Below are positions 1 to 11,678 of a stretch of 64,000 nucleotides of DNA, in pieces. Numbering within the stretch: position 1 is the stretch's first letter; the number at the start of each line of letters is the position of its first letter. The position numbers were made by a program, and so were the translations under genes. The DNA is from Tetramitus jugosus. Its lineage: Eukaryota > Protista > Heterolobosea. Below the pieces are notes generated by a model. It was given only the letters and a program-made list of their open reading frames with translations. It was not told where the DNA came from and did no database searches. Location: assembly GCA_937625935.1 (NCBI GenBank), contig OW569347.1, positions 1 to 64,000 of the forward strand, read 5' to 3'.

Positions 1-753
1 CCAAACCCAACCCACACCCCAAACCCAAACCCCAAACCACACCCACCCAAACCCAACCCACACCCAAACCCAAACCAACCCCCACACCCCAACCCCCACA
101 CCCCACACCCAAACCCAAACCCAAACCCAAACCCAAACCCAAACCCAAACCCAAACCCAAACCCAAACCCAAACCCAAACCCAAACCCAAACCCAAACCC
201 AAACCCAAACCCAAACCCAAACCCAAACCCAAACCCAAACCCAAACCCAAACCCAAACCCAAACCCAAACCCAAACCCAAACCCAAACCCAAACCCAAAC
301 CCAAACCCAAACCCAAACCCAAACCCAAACCCAAACCCAAACCCAAACCCAAACCCAAACCCAAACCCAAACCCAAACCCAAACCCAAACCCAAACCCAA
401 ACCCAAACCCAAACCCAAACCCAAACCCAAACCCAAACCCAAACCCAAACCCAAACCCAAACCCAAACCCAAACCCAAACCCAAACCCAAACCCAAACCC
501 AAACCCAAACCCAAACCCAAACCCAAACCCAAACCCAAACCCAAACCCAAACCCAAACCCAAACCCAAACCCAAACCCAAACCCAAACCCAAACCCAAAC
601 CCAAACCCAAACCCAAACCCAAACCCAAACCCAAACCCAAACCCAAACCCAAACCCAAACCCAAACCCAAACCCAAACCCAAACCCAAACCCAAACCCAA
701 ACCCAAACCCAAACCCAAACCCAAACCCAAACCCAAACCCAAACCCAAACCCA
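1..753. repeat. Telomeric repeat (CCCAAA)n; G-rich strand TTTGGG runs toward the chromosome end
   Basis: Perfect CCCAAA hexamers from about 110 to 753, with variant units in the first ~110 nt; located at the window start. Confidence 0.97.
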
Positions 754-1694
754 AGTCAACTTCTTTCTCAAAAATCAAAAATTTCATCCAAATTCAAAAC
801 AGAATCCATCTTTCATCTAAAATTTGATCTAACAAGATAAATGGAAGCTAAAACCACTCAGTCCATTTCTATTTCCATCTTTTGACCTTCACTCCTTTGT
901 TTTTGTCGAAAACAGAAATCCTCTTATCAAAGGCTCAACATCTGAAAGGATTAGAGGCAATCAAGTGAGGCAACACACGTTTAATGAGTATTCATTTCTC
1001 TTTGTCTTCAGTTAGGACGGGTTGGGTCTGGGTATTCAACTCTGCATCCAAGGAAGTCTGAACAATAGAAATATATTTCTCTCATGAGCCAATCTCACTC
1101 CAAAATAGTATTTCCTGCAATATTTCTCAGTCAATTACGTTCATAGGTATGAATTTTTATCAACAAGCAAGATCTACTCTTATTTTATGAAGATTGCGTC
1201 TGGACTTTCAACTCTGCACTCATCTTACGAACTGAGAAGTTTAAATCTCATTCTGCCTGTCAAATATGTCAACATATCTCGTTCAAGAATGAAATTTTTC
1301 GTTCAGCATCAATAATTCGTTCCAAATTAGTTGATTTCCCCAATACAAGAGTGCTTCATATCATTCACAAGACAAAACTCCAATAATTTAGCTTATTCTT
1401 CCAAAATTATCTCATTCAACAGTGAAATATCTCTATTAGATCTATAAAATTTCTAAAACTGGTGAAGATCTTCATGTCAAGAGAATTTCAAGGCAATCAA
1501 AAGTCAGAACACCGAAATGCTACTCAATCCGCCAAAAATCAACAAAAAATGACAGAAATAACAGAATTAATGCTTCAAATGAATATGAGAGCTCTAAAAT
1601 TCCAATTTAAAATCTAAAAAATCGTTCTCTTATCATACGGTCCAGTGCTAATCTCATACTTTGCTGAAAAATTCTGACATAAAAAATCTGTTGT

Positions 1695-1790
1695 AGTTTT
1701 AATCCTGTTAAAGAGAAAATCTGTTAGATACAGCAGGGAGCGATCGTCTCTTCGAGACGATACAGTTTTAATCCTGTTAAATCCTGTTAG
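1695..1790. repeat. Subtelomeric 18-bp direct repeat flanking a perfect 8-bp hairpin
   Basis: AGTTTTAATCCTGTTAAA at 1695-1712 and 1764-1781; ATCGTCTC-TTC-GAGACGAT at 1743-1761; further ATC(C)TGTTA units nearby. Confidence 0.8.
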
Positions 1791-2054
1791 AGCTCGTTGA
1801 GATGACCTATTTGTACTGAAAAATTCCTTCGGGTTGGGTCTGGACTTATGACATGAACCCCAAACTCAAACTCAAAACTCTCCCAAAACCATATTTAGAC
1901 ACTCCTCTTCCATAAAAGGCAATATTTTGTCGGTTCAGAAGCGAATATAAAGATACTTCTCAAATTTCGGTAAAAATACCGCCACACTGTTCCGTACTGT
2001 CAGTTGAAGCCGTCAGTACTCTCAAAACTCAAAAATAAAAATCGGAATAATTTT

Positions 2055-2112
2055 AGGGTTGGGTATGGGTTTACCAAAACGCGGATGTAATACCAAACCC
2101 AAACCCAACCCT
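2055..2112. repeat. Inverted repeat made of telomere-like sequence
   Basis: AGGGTTGGGTATGGGTTT (2055-2072) versus AAACCCAAACCCAACCCT (2095-2112), 17/18 complementary, 22-nt spacer. Confidence 0.85.
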
Positions 2113-4534
2113 GATATCACAGTAGTGAATATCATCACTATCAGGTTTCTGTATGCGGTAAACGTATTCTGCACCAATAAACTTTCGAACGTATCCACTA
2201 TTATGGTATACAATACCCTTCTCAAGACGCTTGTTAAACTCTTGTACAGTTTTGGGAGCAGGAAGTGTTATATCACCGAGAGTCTCGTAATTTTCCTGCA
2301 ATCGTTCCACAACTGGGTCGATAACGTAGTCCAATCTTTGAATTACTCTGGAAGAAGCAGTTTCTTCCAGAAGTCTTATTTGACTCTCACAGATGTTGTT
2401 CGTGTTCCCAATACTGTTCATATCCAAGAGTCTAGATTCCGCTGTCCATGATTCGTGACAACTATGATACTTTTGATTGAAGTATTGCAAAAAGTTCTTG
2501 GTCTTCTCATCTTGTTTCTTACAGTACTTCTGAAACTGACCGTAGTACTTCAAGTATGTTTCACTATCTTTTGATATGCCCATGTAAACCAGATGTTTCG
2601 CGAGTTCTTTTTGAACACGTGATGGAAGCTTTGATAGATGTTTTTTCCATCTTTCTGAGATATGGAATCGACATAGCGTATAGGGGAGGTTGAGTCGACG
2701 CATAGCACTTAAGTTGGCTTTAGCGGCATCCATCATCCACAGTCGAAAGTTGAGATCCTTTCGCTTATTGTATTGGAGGAAGGTATCCAATATCTGCATT
2801 AATGTTTGGTGACTATTGTCATGAGCAATTGATATCGCCTGTATTACTCCTTTAAAATTGTCATCAATTGTGGCAATAACATTGATGGGGGAATGAAAAC
2901 TTGTAATCTTAAAAACTGAGTCTATGCCTTGAATCAGTTTCCCCTTACCGCTATTCAGGCCTATGTCGACCAGTTTCTCATTAAGGACAAGAACAACATA
3001 ATTTGTTTCGTTCATATCCATAAGTGTCATACCACTTGGAACGAGGACGACAATATCCTTCGTTCCATTCAACTTCGCTAATCTCAGCTTGAACGACAAG
3101 AAAGGATCTGAAGCTAATTGCTTTGACTTTTTCTCATATTGGATGATAGAGGTGACTTGTTTTCTAGAAAGTCCTGTAGCATGTGACAACCTTTTTCCAG
3201 TTGGCTTAAGTGTGTTGTAGGCCTCTACCACTTGTTCTCGTTTATCCGGTGTTATTCTGCGAGGGTCAATTGAGGGAATAAACGTACTATCATGTTGTCC
3301 TTTCGCATAGATAAAAGCTTGACTGGTATCATCGTTGTAAATAACGATTTTGCCTTTAGCAGAACAGTTTGTAAGGCACTTGACCTTCCCCACTCTCTTC
3401 AGAAACGACCCTTTGGATTCCAAACAAAGAGGATGCTTACAAAATACTGTTTCGTAAAACAAAATACTTTTTCCTGGAAGATCTGGGTTATTTGAATAGG
3501 GAAAGCGTTTCTTTAAACGCACATTCAATAATTTGTAGTTATGTTCCCTCAATATTGTTTCATTCACAACCTTACTTGATTCATTCATCTTCAGTTCGTG
3601 GCTTCCAATAATTGTTTGAAAGAAAGGGATTTCTTGGAGTTTTGACTCAATATAGCAAACATGACAACGAGCCACAAAAATGAATTCGCTTCCAAAGTCA
3701 GTATTGGTCCATGTACCGCTAGTTTCTGTGGGCTCTATTCTCAATTTTCTTTTTTCTAAGAATCGTACCTTAGGAATTGTCCTAAACACAGTTTGGGCAT
3801 CTGTCATCTCTTCTTCCTCTTGAAGTTCCTCGCCGCCGAAAACAGTTGTATCTTCTACTACTATCTGCTGTATATTTTGTCCGTCGATAGACTCTGTCCG
3901 ACCAGAATCTGAACCATTGCAATGATTCTCCGTCAGTAACATGGTTGATTCGTCTTCTGGAAGTTCAGCATCAGTTTCCAGATCGAGATGTCCAAGTTCT
4001 TGAGATAAATCCAGAACACTTGGCTCAACAAGGGTATCATCTTTCTCATAGTGGCTACGGTCTTCTTGTTCATTCTTGGAGATATGATCAATACATATTT
4101 GAATTTTCTCTTCTCTTGTTCCATATGAACTGAGGCCCAATGTGTGGCAGATATTTGCAATGTCATGAGTGTCAAATAACTCAATTCTTGAATGATCACG
4201 AAAATGATCCATCATCCTTGCGATAAGCACAATTTTTGCATTAGCTTTGTCGTTAAGTTAATTGTTGCGATATCCAAGTTTTTTATTCACTTGTTTAACC
4301 TGAGAATAAGATTACAATGGAAACTAGTGATACTAAAAGAATTACAATCAAAACAATTATAAATCCTACAACAAACTGCTCCATTTTCTGTCTGGCTTCA
4401 TCCATTTTCCTGAATTTTGCGAGTAGCTGCTCTTGTGATGTAACATCCCATAGTTCCATTTGTAACTGTTGTAGAGTAGTTATATCACTCTTCAGTTGAG
4501 CACCATATGCAGCTTGTTTTGTCAGTTCATCCAT
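2071..4534 (-). mobile_element. Mutator-like (MULE) DDE transposase gene with an N-terminal SAP-like motif; probably inactivated
   Basis: 719-aa ORF 2071-4230 with MULE core motifs (GIDSVFK..., WMMDAA...LCRFH...W, TNNICES). Upstream ORF 4295-4534 joins in frame through a GTAGGA...CTCAG intron (4300-4369), leaving one in-frame TAA (4258-4260). The C-terminus stops where a SWIM finger would start, at the telomere-like tract. Confidence 0.8.
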
Positions 4535-4624
4535 TGTTTTTATTGTAATTGCAACTGTCCCAAACTCAAATTCTCAATATAAAAAATGCAATGAATAATG
4601 ATTGTTGAATGAACAACAAAACAA

Positions 4625-6493
4625 ATGAAAGCAGCACGTCAAGCAGTTACCAGAATCATCAACAACAACGTTCATTAGCACAGAGAGCCTTTTAAGCTAT
4701 CCAGTGACTTTGTGGGAAAATATAAGAGCATCAAGCCTGAGTTTGGATTTAATGGTCTTGGAGAGATTGTATACAAACGTACATACTCTCGTTTGTTGGA
4801 GGATGGAGTAACTAATGAAGAATGATTTCAGACTGTTGAAAGAGTAGTTAATGGTACTATGTCAATGAGTAAGCGCTGGATGGTAAAGTCTGGATTGGGT
4901 TGGGATGAAACAGCAGCAGAAGAGATGGCATCAGAGCTCTATGACAGAATCTTCACTATGAAGTTTTTGCCACCGGGCAGAGGACTCTGGGCTATGGGCT
5001 CTCCTATCACTGAAGAGAAAGGTCTCTTTGCGAGTCTCAATAATTGTGCATTCGTGTCTACTGGAAGTATTGCAGATTGTGTAAGCAAGTGCTTTGAGTT
5101 CATGATGGATATGGCTATGCTTGGTGTTGGTGTTGGTTTTGATACTAAAGGAAAGGGTAAGATTGTTGTCAGAGGTACTTGTCACCCGCTATCTGGTAAT
5201 CTGGTTCATGTTGTTGAAGACACTCGTGAAGGATGGGTCAAGTCATTGAAACTATTAATTGATAGCTACTTTATAGAGAGCTATGGTGACGTACAGTTTG
5301 ATTATTCATTGATTAGAAAAGCAGGACTTCCAATCAAAGGATTTGGAGGTGTGTCCAGTGGTCCAGAGCATTTAAAGATGATGCATGAACAGATTAGACA
5401 GGTGTTGGACAAGAACAAGGGAACTACTATTACGGCAACTACCATTGTTGATCTGATGAATCTGGTAGGAAAGTGTGTTGTGTCAGGTAACGTTAGAAGG
5501 ACTGCTGAGATTTCGTTTGGTGATCCAGATGAAGAGTTCAAGGATCTGAAGAATTACAAGAAGAATCCTTATCGTTTGGACTTTGGCTATATCTCAAACA
5601 ATTCTGTATTTGCTACGCTTGGTATGGACTCTACAGATGCTGCACAAAGAGCCAGAACAAATGGAGAACCGGGGTTTGCTTGGTTAGAGAATATGCAAGC
5701 ATTCTCTCGTATGAATGGAGAACCAGATTGGAAGGATATCAAAGTAACAGGAGGGAACCCATGCCTTGAAGCAAGTATTTATTGTTCCTGTATATAGATT
5801 ACTAACAATTTCTTTAGCAAACACTTGAAAGCTATGAACTATGTTGTCTAGTAGAGACCTTTCCAGCTAAGCACGAGTCTCTGGAAGACTATCTGAAAAC
5901 ATTACGTTATGCTCTATTCTATGCCAAGACTGTTACACTTGGTACTACTCACTGGGAAGAGACAAACAGAGTATTGCTCAGAAACAGAAGAATTGGCTGT
6001 AGTATGACTGGTATTGCACAGTTTCTTGCCAAGTATAACATTGACAAGTTGAAGCAGTTCTGTACTGAAGGATATAATGCCATTCAGAAGTATGATGACG
6101 AGTTCTCAAAAATGTACTGTATTCCAAGAAGTATCAAGACTACATGTATCAAACCAAGTGGTACAGTCAGTCTGTTAGCAGGTGCTACACCGGGTATGCA
6201 TTATCCTAAGAGCAAATATTACATCAGAAGAATGCGTATTGCAACAAATTCTGATTTGACTTATAGACTGAAGAAACAAGGCTATCACGTAGAACAATTG
6301 ATTCTGGAAAGACAAGTAGAGAAGGAAGGAGTACCATTACTTGAAGAGAGAGAAGGTCCTCAGATTCCACATGCATTGAATTACTTCCAGTACATGCTCA
6401 AAGGAATTAGAGAGTCCAATCAATGACAGAGTAAGAAAAGGTATTGATCCAATGCCAGAGCTTTACTGTGATGGTGACAAATGTGTTTTGTAA
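4625..6493 (+). pseudogene. nrdJ: Adenosylcobalamin-dependent (class II, monomeric RTPR/NrdJ-type) ribonucleotide reductase pseudogene
   Basis: Motifs GFNGLGEIVYKRTYSR, FLPPGRGLW, LNNCAF, GVGVGFD, SGNVRRTAEI, NPCLEQ..ESYELCCLVE, TTCIKPSGTVSLLAGATPGMH and C-terminal YCDGDKC. GC-AG intron 5771-5817 with TACTAAC. In-frame TAG (4676) and TGA (4823). Apparent deletion and frameshift after about 6300. Confidence 0.92.
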
Positions 6494-6516
6494 CTACAGA
6501 AAGCATTAAACAGAGC

Positions 6517-7371
6517 TCATTTCTTGTTCTTCTTCTTTCTGTTAAACACAGCAAAGTCGTAGACAGGATTGTAGCTCCATTCGCTTCCACCTACTTCATT
6601 GAGGTCTGGTTTGTTGACCGCTGCGATTAGAGCACATCCATATTTGTTAACACTCGTCTTCAACTGATCTATCTTTGTCAAATCATCTTTGATATCGTCA
6701 ATAGATCCTCCTTCTCGGTACACTTTTAGTTCTACTGCATTTGTTGTAGGTTTTTGGTTTTCAAATGAGACTATCTCAAGATCCACACGTTGGAGCTTCA
6801 TTTTCACAGTAAGCTTGTCTTTCCATTCTTGGCGATGTCCAATGTCCACATACATGGTTTCTCTTCTAACCATACCTGGATACGGCTTCAATTCTTTCCC
6901 CCAAGTATTGCATATTGCTTCAGGTATCTCTGGCAAGCTAATGTAAAAAGTCTTCAATGCGTTAAAAACTACATCCTCAGATAGATCACTCGTTATCTCT
7001 ATTACATTGTTAAAAGTAGTCATCGCATCAAGTAACGACTCTCGTTGTTCTGTCTCGTCTTTCAACTGTTTAATTTCATTCCACTCTTCACATTGACTCT
7101 TTACAATTTGATTTAGCTTTTGTACAGCATGTACCACAGCTTCCTTATCTGAATTTAGAGTCTTGGAGAACAAAAACCCAACTTTTTTATAAGTGCTTGT
7201 TTTCTCGTTTTTGCTCAAATTTAAATAACCCAAGTGGTCTTGAAGATAATAACTCATTTCGTCTCTCAAGAAGTGCTCAAATCCGTAGTCATCGTGTATT
7301 CTTCTCTTGTACGCTGGTTTCTGATTGATATCTAAAAAAAATTTTTCAAACAAGTCCTCAACAACTGTCAT
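6517..7371 (-). CDS. Putative PD-(D/E)xK restriction-endonuclease-fold nuclease
   Basis: Intact 284-aa ORF; N-terminal helix FEHFLRDEM and C-terminal RVDLEI...AVELKV...IKDDLTKI pattern. Confidence 0.5.
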   Translation of the reverse strand: MTVVEDLFEKFFLDINQKPAYKRRIHDDYGFEHFLRDEMSYYLQDHLGYLNLSKNEKTSTYKKVGFLFSKTLNSDKEAVVHAVQKLNQIVKSQCEEWNEIKQLKDETEQRESLLDAMTTFNNVIEITSDLSEDVVFNALKTFYISLPEIPEAICNTWGKELKPYPGMVRRETMYVDIGHRQEWKDKLTVKMKLQRVDLEIVSFENQKPTTNAVELKVYREGGSIDDIKDDLTKIDQLKTSVNKYGCALIAAVNKPDLNEVGGSEWSYNPVYDFAVFNRKKKNKK

Positions 7372-7482
7372 TTTTTTCTTGTTGTTCTTTGACTAGTTTG
7401 ATATGGTTGGTGTGTAACGTTTTGTTGTGTGTTTGTTTTTCTTGTGGGAGGAGTTCCTCTTTCTTCCAGATTTCCATCAACA

Positions 7483-7516
7483 ACAGAGGTTTATTTTTAA
7501 TCGACATCCGACTGGT
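7483..7516. promoter_or_regulatory. Shared intergenic motif, copy 1 (core TATTTTTAATCGACATCCG)
   Basis: 19-bp core 7492-7510 is identical to 13592-13610; both copies lie between divergent genes. Confidence 0.65.
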
Positions 7517-7591
7517 TACAAAGAATTATTGTAAGACAACACCCACTCAAACGTCAAGTTGAGGATAAGAACGGTAACCGAAGAAAAAAAC

Positions 7592-8135
7592 ATGTCAACA
7601 GACACACCACAGTTCCCACCTGCAACAATATAAAAGTGTGACTTACTACCACCATGGCATCGTGGTTGAAGAAAATGAAGTGGTTCACTTTGTTGGAGAT
7701 ATGAACACGTTGGATAGCAAGGGGGAAGCTGAAGTTAAATGTACACCTCTGCAAGTGTTCATTGGAGAAAATACTATCGGTGCAAGTGTCGAAGTTGAAC
7801 AGTACAATGAAGAAGTACTTACAACACAACAAACAGTTTCTATTGCAAAGTTTTTGTGCTTTGTTTCACTCAAAGGTCAGTATCATTTGTTGGAGAGAAA
7901 CTGCGAACATGTTGCAACATTTTGCAAAACTCTAAAGGTAAGAAGCAAGCAGGTAGAACAAGCACAAGAAGCTCTTGAAATGTTTGTCCAACAGATGATT
8001 CAAGCGTTCTCAAGATTGTCAGACTGGGTGGAAAACAACCCTGCAGAGGCTCTTGTATTACTAGGGGTTTTGGTTCCAATTATTACTTTTGGAATTGCAA
8101 AGTACTTTGAATCTTGTTCTCGACGCAATGAATGA
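7592..8135 (+). pseudogene. LRAT/NlpC-P60 permuted (NC-domain) acyltransferase or phospholipase-like gene with C-terminal TM; 5' end damaged
   Basis: YYHHGIVV...VVHF and YHLLERNCEHVATFCK motifs; the frame from ATG 7592 has a TAA and a frameshift before the ORF at 7638. Confidence 0.75.
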
Positions 8136-8234
8136 AACACAGTACTTCACAGCTGTAGTAAATTCAAAACAGATTAAATAATGATTTGAACGTTCATTCC
8201 ATACACCACAACAAACAATTCACAAAACAAACAA

Positions 8235-8601
8235 ATGAACAACGAAGACAAGATCAACCACAATGCCAAGCTTCTGGGTATAGAGAAAGTTGTTACCATT
8301 ACGATCACTGAAATCATGTGGTCATTGTAAATGTGAAACGTACTGTTCATCAGAGTGTGAAGTGGCTCATATGGATGTCCATAAAGATGTTTGTTCTGAT
8401 CTGGCTGACTCAAGAAACACAAGAGAGTTTCTGATGCATGTAGAGGTTATGCTAAGAAACAAGAGCATTGGTATCCATTCATATGATCAGGTCCTGTTGA
8501 AGCGTTTCCACCGGTTCCCTACGTTTCTTAATCATCTGTACAAGGAACAGTACAATACTTTGGGGGACATCATCAAGAACAGAATGTTAATTGAACAGTA
8601 A
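8235..8601 (+). pseudogene. MYND-type zinc finger protein, frameshifted at the 5' end
   Basis: LKSCGHCKCETYCSSECEVAHMDVHKDVC; the ATG at about 8235 is in a different frame. Confidence 0.65.
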
Positions 8602-11151
8602 TAAAACATCAGATAATACATCAGTAACACAAAAATTTGTGAAGAAAACTGTATATACAACTATCAGTGAAAAATTACACAAAGTATTGAATTGTCTATC
8701 ATAGTAGGGATTAAGTGTACAGGGTCTGTTTAGATATGGAGCAATAAGCTGTTGATCAATCGTATTTGCTCTCAGACCTTTCCTGAAAGCAGCTTCCAGA
8801 TGATTCATAGTCAACTCTTCATTGAACCTTTTAACTCTCATTCTTTTCTTATCTCTTGTTACTATGTCTCCTGTTTTTTTAATAGTCTTACCGCACAATG
8901 TCTTGTACAATGATAGAAGCAGAGTGAACAACTCTGAGAATGAGCATACATCTTCTTTGGAGTTTCTGTAGTACACAAGCTTTTTCATGTACCAAATCTG
9001 TTGCTCGCGAGATCCTTTAACCACTCTGTTATCTTCGGGAATAAGTTTGATATCTGGATATTGGAATCTCATTAGTCCTAATTCTTCTTCGATAGCAAAG
9101 CATGATAGCATTCTCGCATGGTCGTTCTGTAGTCTCATTTCAGTAAAGTCCTTAGAATCTACATTGTTGTTAGCGACATAGGCATCCTTCGTCATGAACA
9201 TGTAAATCGTGTTGAGGTGTTTCTCTATTTCAGTATCCAACATCTGGATGATGTCCATTCTTTGAATTGATCGCAAGAGGGTTCAATCTAAAATACTCTA
9301 TCCTTTCACTAATGATTTTGCTCTTCTTCCATTTTTCGTTACTCTTATTCTTCTCCTTCTCTGTAAACCTATCCACAATATCGATGTAATACATATCATT
9401 CCAAAGCAGTTGTTGATCAACAAGAGTTTCCAGTTTTGCTCTTTTCATCTTCTTCTTTAGACCTTCGTATTTCTTCTCTGATAAATCTACTTCCTCTATT
9501 TGATAGCCCTTCAATGATAATAGATCAATAAGCCCGTCCTTAGGGTTATTTCTACTGATGTTCAGGTTTCGTAGATAATAACAGTATAGATGAGTAAACA
9601 GACTCTCCTTGGAGATCTTGAAGCACCCATAAAAGTCCATCTCTTGGGTTATCAATTCTGATGGGAAGAGTTCTGTAAAGTTTTGAGTCCTCTTCTACGT
9701 GGATTTCAATCTTGGAATAATCTGTACAATAGTTACATTCTTTTCTACCCTGTGACCACAATTTGACAACTGTTGCATCTCTTGGTCTTGATATCTGTTG
9801 CATCTGTTCCTGTATATTGATTGTACAGTTCTTATAGAATGCATATACATACTCAAACTTGGACACGTCATCATTGACCCCATAAGTAATACACGGAGAA
9901 CACAAAACATATTGTACCTTAACCCAATACAGCCCAATATTTTGTAGTTCTGTCCTGTCACCAATATCTCTTGTATAAATCTTGAACTTGGCTAATCCAC
10001 ATTTCTGTTGCAATACTCCTTTGATCGTAACAACCAATTCTGCTGTATCCGAGCAGATAAACATTCTCTTACCAGCTTTAACCATCTTTATCAGATCGTC
10101 TAGTAGACTGTACTTACAGGGAAAAATGATTACTTGTTTCCCAGTAGCAGGCTGTACAGTGTTGATAATAAATCGAGTCTCTACCTTTTCACAATACTTT
10201 CGCAATAGACAGAGAGACAAATCAGTAATATCTGCATCCATTGCAATGATACGTTTTGCGTTAGACAGTACATTCATCAAGGCACTCACACAAGCTTTTC
10301 TGTTCTTGACAGATTCAGCAAACATGTGTTTAACTGTAGAGTCACATTCATCAAGGACAACAATATCATATAGATGGATATCTTGAACAAGATACAATGA
10401 ATCAAAACTGACGCATAATCTATCAGCTTTGATTCTAGACGATAGACACGACCTCCTTGAGATCCAAGTAACTCTGAAAACCAAGATCTTTAAATCTTCC
10501 AAATTGGTCATGTACAAGACTGATTCTACTAGAGATAGACAATACTCTCGCATCTGGTTGTTGTTCTAGCAACTGAATTAGTAGTTGAGTCTTTCCAGTA
10601 CCTGTAGCGCTCTTGAGAATGAGATGCCTGGTAGTGATAGTAGGTAATAATTCAGATACATATGGTATATGAACAGGGATTATGGTAAAGGCATCAGTCT
10701 GATCGATCTTGAAGTCTGTTTTAGTACCGATTCGTTCGTCTGGGTGTCTGATATAGTTATAGACTGCCGAGTTCTTGTAGAAGGTGACTTTGTAGAGTAA
10801 TTCTTGTTTAGGTATATGCCTGAAAGGGTGGTCACGCCTGATTCTTATTGCTGTACCACCAACAATACCCATGTGTTCCTCAGTACCGCATGCTTGAGCT
10901 AACTCTTCTAGCAGTTGCTCGCGTTCTTCTGAAATACTTCTAAAGGTTTGTAATGTTTGTTGGATGTTGATATCGACAGAGGAGCACAGTGCGTCATCGT
11001 TGATGTATTCTTCGATGCCATCTGCTGACATGAGAGTATGCAATTCAAGGAGTGCCTCAGGGTGGAGCTTCTTAGACCTAGGTTCATCAGGATGTTGTTG
11101 TTCTGCTTTCCTTTTTAACATGTCGTTGTGTTGTTCGTGAGTGGGGTTCAA
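8587..11151 (-). pseudogene. Replication origin-binding protein (herpesvirus UL9/large DNA virus-like SF2 helicase), split by about 3 frameshifts
   Basis: Consecutive overlapping ORFs 10435-11151, 9552-10553, 9230-9655 and 8587-9276 with LKSATGTGKT, SISSRISLV, LCVSFDSL, VVLDECDS, IAMDADI, SPCITYGVND and QQISRPR. Confidence 0.8.
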
Positions 11152-11182
11152 TAGAAATTAATGTGACACCAACAAAAAATAA

Positions 11183-11678
11183 ATGCCGTACAAAACACTC
11201 AAAGTCTTGAATAGTGGCTATCAAGCACAATGTGCTGTTGATGGAGCAGGGTTTCGACAGCAAGACCATGTAACTCTCATTCACCAGTTCGAGGAGGAGG
11301 GTTACAAACTGATAAATTCATTTGGTTATTGTTATGGTCTCTATAGCCAATCCACATAACCCTAGCCAAACTGGAACCTACGATGTTTACGTGTTCTACA
11401 AACCAAAGGAGCTCAAAGTTGAAGAGATGGAACAACTTCAGCAGGCAAGTGGTCTTGAAGAGAGATTACGTATGAAGGCAGAGCAATTGCTTGCACGTGA
11501 GAGAGAAGTGGCTCAGAAGGAGGCTGAAGTGAAGAAGAAGACAGACGAGTTAGCTGCTGTGTTGAACAGATTGAAACAAAGAGGTAGTAAATGCCAGAGC
11601 TTTACTGTGACGGAGACAAGTGTGTCTTGTGATAAATACTACATCATAAAGCATCTCGACCCTTTTATTTCTCAATAG
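11183..11678 (+). pseudogene. Small frameshifted gene with a coiled-coil tail, overlapped by a duplicated RNR C-terminal fragment
   Basis: The frame from ATG about 11183 (MPYKTLK...GYKLINSF) shifts into ORF 11322-11678; 11591-11632 encodes MPELYCDGDKCVL* in another frame. Confidence 0.45.

Noticed and set aside
1-110. Variant telomere units (CCCACA, CCCCAA)
   Set aside because: Confined to the extreme contig end where consensus quality is lowest; likely sequencing error.
754-1650. Possible coding remnant next to the telomere
   Set aside because: No ORF in the track, the frames I tried are full of stops, and no motif was recognisable.
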